Shown here one piece after another: positions 20,112-29,794 of a stretch of DNA of 64,000 nt. The position numbers were made by a program, and so were the translations under genes. The notes beneath the pieces are model-generated. The model saw only the letters and a list, made by a program, of their open reading frames with translations. It made no database searches and was not told the DNA's origin. Origin of the DNA: an uncultured Verrucomicrobiae bacterium (lineage in GTDB: Bacteria; Verrucomicrobiota; Verrucomicrobiia; Opitutales; Opitutaceae); assembly GCA_963705935.1 (NCBI GenBank), contig OY970130.1, positions 520,676-584,675 of the forward strand, written 5' to 3'. Numbering within the stretch: the stretch's first letter is position 1; each line of letters opens with the position of its first letter.

Positions 20112-21631
20112 CCGTATCCATGCAGTAGGAAACCGGTTTTGAGGTGATTTTGGCTGGGCGCGCTACCCGAGCACTGGGCGAGTGCCGACTGCATTGCAGT
20201 TGGCGTTCGGCGAAAGCAATTTCTCCCAAAGGCCTCGCCACCAAGCGCGTTCGTGCGTCGGGACGGCAAGTTTGATCGTGGTTTGACCCTGGGGGCGGCT
20301 GATGATCCCAGCGGTCACGAACAGCCAGTAGCGCAGGCTGCCCAGCGTGACGGCTTCGAGCCAGCCGAGCTTGCGCTCGAACAATACGACGAGGTTGTGG
20401 GCGAGCACCCCGAAGCTCAGCGCCGCCTCCGTCGCCCAAAAATCTTTGCACACTAAATCCGGCAGGCCGTAGCCCGCATCCAACTCCTTGATGACGTTCT
20501 CGCAGGCGGCCCGGCCGTTGTAGTCGCGCCAGACGGCCAGCGGCGGCACGCTGCGCGGCAGATTCGTCACCAGCACTTGATACAGGTAACCGGGACAGTC
20601 GATGAGCAGTTTGCCGCCCGCGCGACTGTGTTTGTCTTTTATCCGGTGGCGAATCGCGATGAACCGCGCGGTGGCGGGCACCTCCGCGTCGTGAGATTCG
20701 AGTTCGGCCACTTCCGTGCCGTCGAGGTCGGTGGCGAGCCAGCGGGTCTCACGCCGCAGGAGGCTTTGCACGGGGTGCGTCAGCCGCGCCACGACGATGA
20801 ACTTCACCCGTAATTGCTCCCACAGCCGCAAGAGTTCGGCCACGTAGAAGCCGGAGTCGGCGCGCACCACGCGCAGCCGCAGGTGCGCGGGCAGGTTGTC
20901 CCATAGATCGAGGAAGAACCCGACGACGTTGTTCGCGCAACTGCAGTTGCCGGGGCGTAACCAAAACCCAGCGACCAGTCTCACTTCGCTGAAGATCGCG
21001 AGCAACGGGTGCAGGCAGGGCTTGGGGCCGACCCGAGTGTAGCCGACCGCGACGCCCTCCTGGTGTCCGTCCTCGTGGAGCAGGCGGGTCGAGTCCAAAT
21101 CCAAGGCGTAGCCCTCGGGTTTACCGGGCAGTTTTTGCATCGCCCACGCGAAGAGCGGCCGGAAGCACGCGAGATTCTTCCCCGCGCTCGTGAAACCCTG
21201 GAAGAAACGCGTGAACGTCGACTGGCTGGGCACCCGCTTGATCCCGAGCAGGGCCGGCTGCATCGGATCGCGCCGCAGATAGGCCAGGTGGGTGAGTTTC
21301 TTCGCCCCGCAGAGCAGGCCTTGGACGAAACCGAGCACCTTGGTCAGAGGGCTCAGCGCGTTGTGGGAGGTCGGCTCAGGGTGCGGCAGACACCGGGCGA
21401 CCAGTTCGCGCCAGCCGCTCTCCTGCACGAACGACCAGAACGTCGCAGTGCCCGCGTGCGGGCTGAGCTGTTGGTCGGTGAACTCGATTTGGATGGACTG
21501 GCCGGCGCTTTGGAACTGGATCTTTCCGGCCACCGTTTGGTGAACCGGGCTTCCGCCCTTCGATTGATTCGGTTTCATTCACCATCAGTCAGTTCCCAAT
21601 CGGTGGCTCCTTTTCAACTGCATCGTTACGG
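20112..21631 (-). mobile_element. IS1380-family insertion sequence, copy 2 (direct tandem)
   Basis: Same sequence offset by 1525 bp; CTTAG flanks at 20107-20111 and 21632-21636. Confidence 0.9.
20163..21578 (-). CDS. IS1380-family DDE transposase (second copy)
   Basis: Same 471-aa translation as 18638-20053. Confidence 0.92.
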   Translation of the reverse strand: MKPNQSKGGSPVHQTVAGKIQFQSAGQSIQIEFTDQQLSPHAGTATFWSFVQESGWRELVARCLPHPEPTSHNALSPLTKVLGFVQGLLCGAKKLTHLAYLRRDPMQPALLGIKRVPSQSTFTRFFQGFTSAGKNLACFRPLFAWAMQKLPGKPEGYALDLDSTRLLHEDGHQEGVAVGYTRVGPKPCLHPLLAIFSEVRLVAGFWLRPGNCSCANNVVGFFLDLWDNLPAHLRLRVVRADSGFYVAELLRLWEQLRVKFIVVARLTHPVQSLLRRETRWLATDLDGTEVAELESHDAEVPATARFIAIRHRIKDKHSRAGGKLLIDCPGYLYQVLVTNLPRSVPPLAVWRDYNGRAACENVIKELDAGYGLPDLVCKDFWATEAALSFGVLAHNLVVLFERKLGWLEAVTLGSLRYWLFVTAGIISRPQGQTTIKLAVPTHERAWWRGLWEKLLSPNANCNAVGTRPVLG

Positions 21632-21652
21632 CTTAGATCAACCCTTTTCCGC

Positions 21653-22981
21653 ATGAACCTTGCCTCAAATCCATCGGCCCGCCGCGTCGTTGTCACCGGA
21701 ATCGGCGCCGTCACTCCCTGCGGCAATTCGGCTGCCGAAACCTGGGCGTCGCTCGTCGCCGGTCGCAGTGGCATCGGCCGCGTGACCCGGTTCGATCCAA
21801 CCGGCTGCACGGCCCAGATCGCCGGCGAGGTGAAGCAGTTCGATGTCACCAGGCTGCTCAAACAGCCGCTGTTCCCGCGCGGCGCGGCGAACGAGGCCCT
21901 GACGCAGGTGCTCACGCCCAAGGAGGTCAAGAAGTTCGGCCGGTTCACGCATCTCGGGGCGGCGGCGGCGGTCGAGGCATATGCCGACTCCGGACTGGAT
22001 GCGCTGCGCCACGAGCTTTTGGCCGAGCGCATGGGCGCCAACCTCGGCGTTGGTCTCGGCGGCCTGCCGGAAATCGAGGCGACCCACGACACCTGGAAGA
22101 CCGCGGGCTACCGGAGGATCTCACCTTTCTTCATCATCCAGATTGCCCCGAACCTGCTCGCGGGAGAGGTCAGCATGCTGCTGAACCTGCGGGGACCCAA
22201 CATGAGCGTCGCGTCCGCCTGCGCAACGAGCGGACACGCGGTGGGTGAGGCGGCCGCCGCCATTGCCCGCGGCGATGCCGACGTGATGCTCGCCGGCGGG
22301 GCGGAGTCCACCATCACTCCGCTGGCCCTGGGCGCGTTCGCCCAGATGCGAGCGCTGTCCACGCGCAATGACACACCGGCGCTGGCTTCGCGGCCCTACG
22401 ACCGCGACCGCGACGGGTTCGTGCTCTCGGAGGGATCGGTCGTGTTCGTCCTCGAGGAGTTGGAGCAGGCGAAACGCCGCGGTGCCAAGATCTACGCGGA
22501 GATGCGCGGCTATGGCGCCAGCGCCGACGCGTACCATCTCTCGTCTCTGGCCCCGGGCGCCGAGGGCTCGGCCCGCGCGATGAGGGCGGCACTCAACCGG
22601 GCGGGACTCTCACCGGCGGACATCGACGTCGTCTCGGCCCATGCCACTTCGACTCCAGGCGGCGACGGCGAGGAGGCTGCGGCCATCGCGACGGTGTTCG
22701 CCGAGAACAAGGACCGGCTGAACGTCACCGCCGTCAAGTCGATGACCGGCCATCTGTTGGGCGGAGCCGGCGCGACGGGCCTGCTCGCGGCAGTGCTGTC
22801 GATTCACGACGGAGTCGTCTCCCCGACGATCAATCTCGAGAACATCGACCCGGTTTGCGCGGCGACAGGTTTGAACTTCACCCCGAATACCGCGGTGAAG
22901 AAGACCGTCCGGGCGGCGCTCGCCAACAGTTTCGGATTTGGCGGCACGAACGCCTCGCTCGTCGTCAGTCAGGTCGGATAG
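21653..22981 (+). CDS. fabF: Beta-ketoacyl-ACP synthase II
   Basis: RRVVVTGIG, SACATS, AHATST, KSMTGHLLGGAG, NSFGFGGTN. Confidence 0.93.
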   Translation: MNLASNPSARRVVVTGIGAVTPCGNSAAETWASLVAGRSGIGRVTRFDPTGCTAQIAGEVKQFDVTRLLKQPLFPRGAANEALTQVLTPKEVKKFGRFTHLGAAAAVEAYADSGLDALRHELLAERMGANLGVGLGGLPEIEATHDTWKTAGYRRISPFFIIQIAPNLLAGEVSMLLNLRGPNMSVASACATSGHAVGEAAAAIARGDADVMLAGGAESTITPLALGAFAQMRALSTRNDTPALASRPYDRDRDGFVLSEGSVVFVLEELEQAKRRGAKIYAEMRGYGASADAYHLSSLAPGAEGSARAMRAALNRAGLSPADIDVVSAHATSTPGGDGEEAAAIATVFAENKDRLNVTAVKSMTGHLLGGAGATGLLAAVLSIHDGVVSPTINLENIDPVCAATGLNFTPNTAVKKTVRAALANSFGFGGTNASLVVSQVG

Positions 22982-23127
22982 GCGGACAGGGACGCCTTCA
23001 CGAATGCCACTGCCGGGCGGGCGTGCCCGACCGGCGCGCGAGCGGCTCGTGATTGGCCAGAGCGACCGCCCGCCCCTCGCGGCGATCCTGTTTGCCAGGC
23101 GCCGCTTCGCGGAACCGGCTTGTCCGG

Positions 23128-24249
23128 TCACGCGCTGCGGGCGAGGCGCTGCGCCGGCTCCGGTCGGGCGAAGGTTTCGGCCAGCGAAACGGGCGCGCCA
23201 AAGAACGGAGTGCCGTCTGCGTGCCAGACGTATCGCTGCGCCCGGACTTCGCGATCGGCCCAGCCAACGCCGTGCGACGTCTTGGCGTGGTAGAGGATCC
23301 AATCGCTGCCATCCGGCGCCGTCGCAAACCCGCAGTGACCGACACCCCAGCCGTGCGCGTTTTCCTGGAAGACCGGCCCCGCTTTGCGCCACGCGCCCGG
23401 ATCGAGGAAGTCGCCGCCCTCGTGAACCAGCAGACCGAGGCAGTAATGGCGGGTCCAGGAGCCGCTGGCGGAGTACACGATGAAGGTCCGCCTGCCGCAT
23501 TGCAGCACTTGCGGGCCCTCGCAGATCGGCAGACCGCGACGCTCCCACGGTTGCTCCGGTGCGCACAGCAGCACGCGCGGCCCGGCAAGTTCCAGCGGCG
23601 CTTTCATCCGTGCGATGTAGAGATTCTGACAGCCGTTCGTTTTGCCCGGCCAGCCCGACCAGACGAACCAGCGATCTCCGCCGGCCCCGGCGAGCACCGT
23701 GCCGTCGATCGCCCAGCCGCCGGTGTCCAGCGCCCCCGCGAGTTTGTAGGCGCCGGCGGGATCGTCGGAATCGGCGGCGAGGACCCACATCCGGTGGTTT
23801 TCGTTTCGTCCGTCATCCGCGGCGAAGTAGATGTGGCAGCGACCGTCCAGGAAGTGCATCTCCGGCGCCCAAAGATTATGCGCGGCGCCGCCGTCGCGGG
23901 GTGGCGCCCAGACGAGCCGCGGGACCGCGTCCGCGATCTCGAGGAAGTGACGGGCGACGCGGACGAAGATTCCGGCCGGAGACGACTCGCAATAATAGTA
24001 CCAGCCGCAGTGTTGCAGCACGTGTGGATCCTGGGCCGGCGCGGGCAGCACCGGGTTCGCAAAATCAGCCGGGCCGGGCGTCGTTGGGAGCGGATGCAAC
24101 CCGCCGCATCCGGCGCTGCATCGTGCCGCATCTCCCGGCGCTGCTCCCGAAGCGGGCGCGTTCGCCGGGTCCGGATCCGGCGAGGGAAACACCCCAAGGG
24201 CGCAATCAGAGATTTTCCGTGAGGGCACGACGCCCGCCATTGCGCGCAA
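23128..24249 (-). CDS. Glycoside hydrolase family 43 (arabinofuranosidase-like); start uncertain
   Basis: QDP, LWAPE, AIDG, CEGP, YSASGSW, GVGHCGF. Confidence 0.88.
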   Translation of the reverse strand: MRAMAGVVPSRKISDCALGVFPSPDPDPANAPASGAAPGDAARCSAGCGGLHPLPTTPGPADFANPVLPAPAQDPHVLQHCGWYYYCESSPAGIFVRVARHFLEIADAVPRLVWAPPRDGGAAHNLWAPEMHFLDGRCHIYFAADDGRNENHRMWVLAADSDDPAGAYKLAGALDTGGWAIDGTVLAGAGGDRWFVWSGWPGKTNGCQNLYIARMKAPLELAGPRVLLCAPEQPWERRGLPICEGPQVLQCGRRTFIVYSASGSWTRHYCLGLLVHEGGDFLDPGAWRKAGPVFQENAHGWGVGHCGFATAPDGSDWILYHAKTSHGVGWADREVRAQRYVWHADGTPFFGAPVSLAETFARPEPAQRLARSA

Positions 24250-24276
24250 TTCGTGGCGGGAAGCTATCCCTCAATG

Positions 24277-24304
24277 GCGAAAATCCGGTGAAACCGCTGT
24301 GAAC
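24277..24304 (-). promoter_or_regulatory. Pho-box-like 11-bp direct repeats upstream of the GH43
   Basis: Minus strand GTTCAC-agcgg-TTTCAC-cggat-TTTCGC; -10-like TAGCTT at 24266-24261. Confidence 0.55.
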
Positions 24305-24540
24305 GAGGACGCCTGCGGCCGCCGGGCCGTCCGGCGCCGCTCCATCAAAACGCGGGCGGTGAGGGAGATCGCGCGACCGCCGCTTCCGCCGGGCGCGCTC
24401 GCCGCCGGCCTGGGATCGAGGCGTCCCAAGCCGCAGAATGTGCGGGAGAGACGCCGCAGAACCAGGCCTGCCGGCGAGCGGCCACCTCGCGCAATCCCGC
24501 GGGTTCGACCACGGGCCAGCGGTCTGGCGAACCGCCGTTC

Positions 24541-27498
24541 CTAGTTGGCGCCCGCGCCAAGAAGCGGCGTCGCGGGTTTCGGTGGCACCGCCGGCGCGGG
24601 CACGATGATCGCGCGAGAGGCCCGGTCGCCGGCGAGGTACGTCCGCGCGAGCGCGGCCTCGTCGCCGACGGAGATGGCCTCGACGTCCTGCATCCGCGAG
24701 CGCGCCCAATCCAGCACCTCCGGTTTCTCCTGCGCCCGGGCCAGCACGGCATCCAGCCAGTAGAAATTGTTGCGCACGGATTCGCGCAGTTCCGTCAGCA
24801 GCGGCCGCTTGGCCCTTTCCAGTTCATCGCTGCTCGGGCCGTTGCGGGCCAGATCGGCGCCCTGGTCGATCACGGTCTGCGCGATGCTCCCGGCCAGCGC
24901 GGGCTGCACGTCGACGCTGGCGGACATGTACCCGTATCCAGGATAGGTCTCACTGGCGAAGCTGCCGGTCTCGGGCGAATAGGTGCCACCCATCTGCTCG
25001 CGCACCTTCACCCGCAGACGGTCCTCGAGGATGTCCGCCAGCAGGTTGAGCCGGCGCGTGCGGTGAACGTCCGATTCGTCCGTCGTCGGCCAGTACACGG
25101 CGACCAGCCCCTTTGGAATGTCCGACGCGATCGTGTACGTTTCCGCGAACGGCCGGGCGGGGAACGAGACCCGGCGCAGGTCCGTGAGCGCCGGCTTCGG
25201 CTGGCGCACCGGCAGCGCTCCCAGCGTGCGGGCGACCGCCTGGATCGTCGCGTCGACGTCCAGGTCGCCGACGATCGCCAGCTCGATCGGGCCGTGCTCG
25301 AGCTGTGGAGTCAGCCAGGCGCGGACCTCGTCGAGCGTCCGGCCGAGCAGCACGGGCTTGGGGGGGAGGCCGAAACGCGGATCCCCGCTCGCCAGCCGGT
25401 TGGCGATCTGCATCGCCAGCGGGCCGCGCGCCGTGTGCTCGAAGCTGAGATACAGTTCGTCGATGCCCTTGCGCGCCTGGCGCATCGCCTCCGGCCGGTA
25501 GCCCGGATCCATCAGCTTGGCCGTCATCAGCTGGAGTTCGAGCAGCAGGTCGCCGGGCGTGGTCACGCCCGTGAACCGGAACGCGTCCGGGCTTTCGGCG
25601 AATCGGACGGCGACGTTCCGCCCGGCCAGAATCTGGTGGAGATCGTCGACGCTGTGCCGGCCGAGGCCGCCGGCATCGAAGGTCGCCCCGGCCAGCGCGG
25701 CCAGACCGCGCTCGTCCGGGGGTTCGGTCATCGTGCCGCTGCCCACGCGGGCATTCAGCCGGATGACGTCCGCCTCGAACGGCGTCTTCTTCAGGTTCAG
25801 CCGGACGCCATTCGCAAACGTCACGAGGTCGAGGTCCAGATCCGCGACGTGGCGGCGCTCGACGACCTTCCCCGGAGGCCCGAAATTCGTGTAGGCCCAG
25901 GTGAGCCGGCTGCTGCCCGCGGGCGCGGCGACCGCGACCTGCCGGGAGGCTTCGTACGCCGTGGCAATGGCCTGCTCCGCCGCTTGCTCCGTGCGGTCCT
26001 GGCCGGGCATCGCCGTGCGGCCCGGCAATTCCGGTCCCGGTTGGGCGATGGGAAGGCTCGTCTTGCCGGCTCGCGCCGCGGCGGGCGCAATCACGGCGTT
26101 GCCCGCGACCATCACCTCGCGCTGATCGGGGGCCCAGGCGGCGCGCAGCGCGGCGAGGCAGTCGGCCGCCGTGAGCTTGTCGAGCGCGGGTTTCAGCGTC
26201 GCGAGGTCGGTCGCCGGCGACGTGAAGACCTCGCGATCGTTGATCGACCCCACGATCTCGTCGGCCAGTTCGTTCGAGTGCCGCGTGGGCGCCATCTTGG
26301 CCGCCTGCTCGAGATCGTTGCGGTAGTTCGAGACGGCTTCCCGCAGCTCTCCCGGTTCGAATCCGTAGGCGAGCGCCCGCCGCAGTTCCTGCTCGCCCAC
26401 GCCGAGTGCCGCGCGCCACTGGTCCGCCTTGCACGTCAGATCGATCGACGCCTCACGGAACAGATCGAACCCCTCTTCCACCCCTGTCTGTCCCTCGATG
26501 AACGGGGCGTTCTCCTTCTTCGCGAGGATCGACAGCCGCCGGTTAAGCATGTCCGTCGCGATCGTGCGCGGCAGATACTTGATCCGGTTCGCGGCGGTGT
26601 CCGGTTCGTGCGCATACGGGGTGACGACCGAGATCGAGACGGTCGTGGAAGCGGCGTCGGGCTCCGAATGATAGAACGTCGCGAGCCCGTGGTGGGCGGC
26701 GACCCGGCCCCGGCTGGGTGCGGCGCGCTCGGCCGCCCGGTCGGTGACCGGGGAAAGCGCGGCCGCGACCTGCGTTGCGAGGTGGCCCGGGTCGATGTCG
26801 CCGACCACGACGACCGTCATCAGGTCCGGCCGGTACCAGGTGTTGTAGAAGTCCAGGAACAGCGGCCGCTCCGCGTGCTCGATCACGCTCGTGCGCCCGA
26901 TCGGCATCCGCTCGGGCAGCAGGGTGCCGTCGAGCAGGAACTTGAACTGCGCGACGAACGTCCGGAAGTCGACGGAGTCACGGGCGCGCTTTTCGCTGAG
27001 GATGATGCCTCGCTCCTTGTCGATCCACTTCGGCTCGAGCAGCAGGCCGCCGGCGAAATCGCCGAGCACCCGCAGGCCCTCCGCCACGGTCGCGTCCTGG
27101 TTGTTGGGCAGTTCGAGCTGGTAGACCGTGCGGTCGAATCCGGTGTTCGCGTTGGTGTCGCCGCCGAAGCTCATGCCCATCCGCTGGAAGAACTCCACCA
27201 GGGTCCCGGGCGGGTAATGCGTGCTGCCGTTGAACGCCATGTGCTCCAGGAAATGCGCCAGCCCACGCTGGTCGTCGCGCTCGTTCAGCGATCCGGCCTG
27301 GACGAGCAACCGGAGCGACACTCGCCCCCGTGGCTCCCGATTCGGATAGATCACGTAGCGCAATCCGTTCGCCAGTGTGCCGAAGCGCGCGGCGGGGTCC
27401 GGCGGCAGATCGCTCTCGGCTTGCGGAAACGGCAGCGCCGCATGGGCGACGGTGGAAAACAGGAGCAGGGCGGCGAGCAGACGGGCGGGAAAATGCAT
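24541..27498 (-). CDS. M16-family zinc protease (PqqL-like), exported
   Basis: GLAHFLEHMAFNGS, NANT; signal peptide MHFPARLLAALLLFSTVAHA. Confidence 0.92.
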   Translation of the reverse strand: MHFPARLLAALLLFSTVAHAALPFPQAESDLPPDPAARFGTLANGLRYVIYPNREPRGRVSLRLLVQAGSLNERDDQRGLAHFLEHMAFNGSTHYPPGTLVEFFQRMGMSFGGDTNANTGFDRTVYQLELPNNQDATVAEGLRVLGDFAGGLLLEPKWIDKERGIILSEKRARDSVDFRTFVAQFKFLLDGTLLPERMPIGRTSVIEHAERPLFLDFYNTWYRPDLMTVVVVGDIDPGHLATQVAAALSPVTDRAAERAAPSRGRVAAHHGLATFYHSEPDAASTTVSISVVTPYAHEPDTAANRIKYLPRTIATDMLNRRLSILAKKENAPFIEGQTGVEEGFDLFREASIDLTCKADQWRAALGVGEQELRRALAYGFEPGELREAVSNYRNDLEQAAKMAPTRHSNELADEIVGSINDREVFTSPATDLATLKPALDKLTAADCLAALRAAWAPDQREVMVAGNAVIAPAAARAGKTSLPIAQPGPELPGRTAMPGQDRTEQAAEQAIATAYEASRQVAVAAPAGSSRLTWAYTNFGPPGKVVERRHVADLDLDLVTFANGVRLNLKKTPFEADVIRLNARVGSGTMTEPPDERGLAALAGATFDAGGLGRHSVDDLHQILAGRNVAVRFAESPDAFRFTGVTTPGDLLLELQLMTAKLMDPGYRPEAMRQARKGIDELYLSFEHTARGPLAMQIANRLASGDPRFGLPPKPVLLGRTLDEVRAWLTPQLEHGPIELAIVGDLDVDATIQAVARTLGALPVRQPKPALTDLRRVSFPARPFAETYTIASDIPKGLVAVYWPTTDESDVHRTRRLNLLADILEDRLRVKVREQMGGTYSPETGSFASETYPGYGYMSASVDVQPALAGSIAQTVIDQGADLARNGPSSDELERAKRPLLTELRESVRNNFYWLDAVLARAQEKPEVLDWARSRMQDVEAISVGDEAALARTYLAGDRASRAIIVPAPAVPPKPATPLLGAGAN

Positions 27499-27595
27499 AA
27501 ACAACGGCAGGAAGAAACGCGGATCGCGCGAAATCACAATAGGCTCGGCAATCCCGGGCCGGGGCCTTGGATGTTCCCACCCCGTTCGCCTGTCC

Positions 27596-28879
27596 ATGCT
27601 TTGGCTGTACCGCATTCTGTTTCTGCCTGCTCTGCTCGTGCTCGCACCGCGCTACTTGTGGCGCATGCGCCGCCGGGGCGGATACCGCCGCAATTTCATG
27701 CACCGGTTCGGCGTGGGGCACCGGCTGCCGGCGCGGCGACCGGGCGTGCGACGAATCTGGCTGCAGGCGGTGAGCGTCGGCGAGGTTCTGGCCATCGCGC
27801 CGCTGCTCGAGGCGCTGCGCCGCGACGGCGGGGTGGAGGTGTATCTGACGACGACGACGAGCACGGGGCAGCGGGTGGCGGACGACCGCTACCAGGCGGT
27901 GGTGGCGGGCATCGGCTATTTCCCGATGGATTGGTGGTTGTTTTCGGTCCTGGCGTGGCGGGCGATCTCGCCCGATCTCGTGATCCTGACGGAGGGCGAG
28001 CGCTGGCCGGAGCACATTCACCAGGCGAATCGCCGGCGCGTCCCGGTCATGGCGATCAACGCCCGGATCTCCGATCGCAGCTTCCGCCGGCTGAAGCGGC
28101 TGCGTTTCATTGCCTGCACGGTTCTGGGTGGAATCGACCGGCTCCTGCCGTGCTCGGCGCAGGACGAGGCTCGGCTCCGCGAGCTCGGCGTGCCGGCGGC
28201 GAAACTGGTCACCACGGGCAACATCAAACTCGACGTGTCGATCCCGCACACCCCCGCCGAAGAGCTGGCCCGGCTCCGCCGCGAACTGGGACTCGGCGCG
28301 GGTCCGGTGCTGTTGGGATCGTCGACCTGGCCGGGCGAGGAGCGGGCGCTGATCGACGCCTGGCGGGCGGTCCGCGCCGGAGGGCAGCCGTGTGCGCTGC
28401 TGATCGTTCCCCGGCATGCCGAGCGCCGGTTCGACCTGGAACGGCTCATGCGCGACGAGAAGCTTTCCTGCCACCTGCGATCCCGGGGCCCGTCCGCCGG
28501 GATCGTCGACGTGGCGATCGCCGATACGACCGGGGAGCTGCGAAAACTCACGCCGCTCGCGGATCTGGTTTTCATCGGCAAGAGCCTCGAGCCGAGCGAT
28601 GGCGGGCAAACGCCGGTCGAGGCGGCCGCCCTGCAGAAGCCGATCCTGTTCGGTCCCCGCATGAGCAATTTCCGGCTGATCGCCCGCGACCTCGTCGCAC
28701 GCGGCGCCGCCGTGCAGGTCGCCGACGCGACGGACCTGTCCGCGCAGATCCGCCGGCTGCTGGGCGATCCGGCCCGGCGCGCGGCGATGTCCGCGGCGGC
28801 GGCGCAATGGCAGAAGGACAACGCCGGCGCCGTGGCGCGCACCTACGCCGTGATTCGCGAGGAGCTGGCCCGGCTCTGA
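27596..28879 (+). CDS. waaA: 3-deoxy-D-manno-octulosonic acid (Kdo) transferase
   Basis: IWLQAVSVGE, TTTTSTG, NARISDRS, GNIKLD, VPRHAER, GGQTPVE. Confidence 0.93.
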   Translation: MLWLYRILFLPALLVLAPRYLWRMRRRGGYRRNFMHRFGVGHRLPARRPGVRRIWLQAVSVGEVLAIAPLLEALRRDGGVEVYLTTTTSTGQRVADDRYQAVVAGIGYFPMDWWLFSVLAWRAISPDLVILTEGERWPEHIHQANRRRVPVMAINARISDRSFRRLKRLRFIACTVLGGIDRLLPCSAQDEARLRELGVPAAKLVTTGNIKLDVSIPHTPAEELARLRRELGLGAGPVLLGSSTWPGEERALIDAWRAVRAGGQPCALLIVPRHAERRFDLERLMRDEKLSCHLRSRGPSAGIVDVAIADTTGELRKLTPLADLVFIGKSLEPSDGGQTPVEAAALQKPILFGPRMSNFRLIARDLVARGAAVQVADATDLSAQIRRLLGDPARRAAMSAAAAQWQKDNAGAVARTYAVIREELARL

Positions 28880-28933
28880 ACCCGGCGGAGGGGCGGATCG
28901 GGCGGGCGGCGGGACCCCGGTGGCCGGACGCGG

Positions 28934-29794
28934 TCAGGTTTGGCCAGCGCCGGCGGGGGCGCCCTGCAAGCCGGGGGCGGCGGGCTCGTGGTCGGCAGCC
29001 TCGATCGCGACCGCCTCGGCGGACTGTTTCCAGGGCAGCGGGAACTGCCGGACAAACGTCGCGAAATCGATCAACTCGAACCGGCCGTCCCAGTGCTCGA
29101 CGATCGCGCTGAGCGACTCGACCCAGTCGCCGGAATTCAAGTAATGGATATCGCCGATCATCTTGTCGGCCGCGGTGTGAATGTGACCGCAGATCACGCC
29201 GCCGCAGCCGCGCTGGCGGGCGAGGTCGGAGATGTGCTCCTCGAATTTGGAGACGTGGCTGACCGCCGACTTCACGCGCGCCTTGATCGCGCGGCTCATC
29301 GACCAGTACTCCTTGCCGCGCCAGGCGCGCCAGGCGTTGTAGAGGCGATTCAACCGGAGCAGCGCCCGGTAGCCCCAGTCGCCGAGGTGGGCGAGAAACA
29401 CGAAGTTGCGGGTGACGGTGTCGAACACGTCCCCATGCAGGACCAGATAGCGGCCGCGCGGCCCGGTGTGCACGTACTCCTCCAGGATCTGCAGGTTCTC
29501 GAACTCGAGCGGCAGGAACGAGGCGAGGATGTCGTCGTGGTTGCCGCGCAGGTACACGACCTGCGTGTCGCGCTTCTCCAGCTTCTTCAGCACGATCCGG
29601 ATGAAGCGGGTGTGAGCCTTGGTCCATTCGCCGGAGCGCTTGAGCTGCCAGCCGTCGATGATGTCGCCGTTGAGGATCAGGGTGTCACAGCGGGTGTGCC
29701 GGAGAAAGTGATTCACCTCCTCGATCTTGCAGTCGGCGGTGCCAAGGTGCACGTCGGAGAGAATGACGGTCCGGACTCGAAGCAGCGATTTCAT
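28934..29794 (-). CDS. LpxH2/PlcP-like metallophosphoesterase
   Basis: LSDVHLG, NGDIIDGW, GNHD, HGDVFD, CGHIH, YLNSGDWVES. Confidence 0.85.
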   Translation of the reverse strand: MKSLLRVRTVILSDVHLGTADCKIEEVNHFLRHTRCDTLILNGDIIDGWQLKRSGEWTKAHTRFIRIVLKKLEKRDTQVVYLRGNHDDILASFLPLEFENLQILEEYVHTGPRGRYLVLHGDVFDTVTRNFVFLAHLGDWGYRALLRLNRLYNAWRAWRGKEYWSMSRAIKARVKSAVSHVSKFEEHISDLARQRGCGGVICGHIHTAADKMIGDIHYLNSGDWVESLSAIVEHWDGRFELIDFATFVRQFPLPWKQSAEAVAIEAADHEPAAPGLQGAPAGAGQT

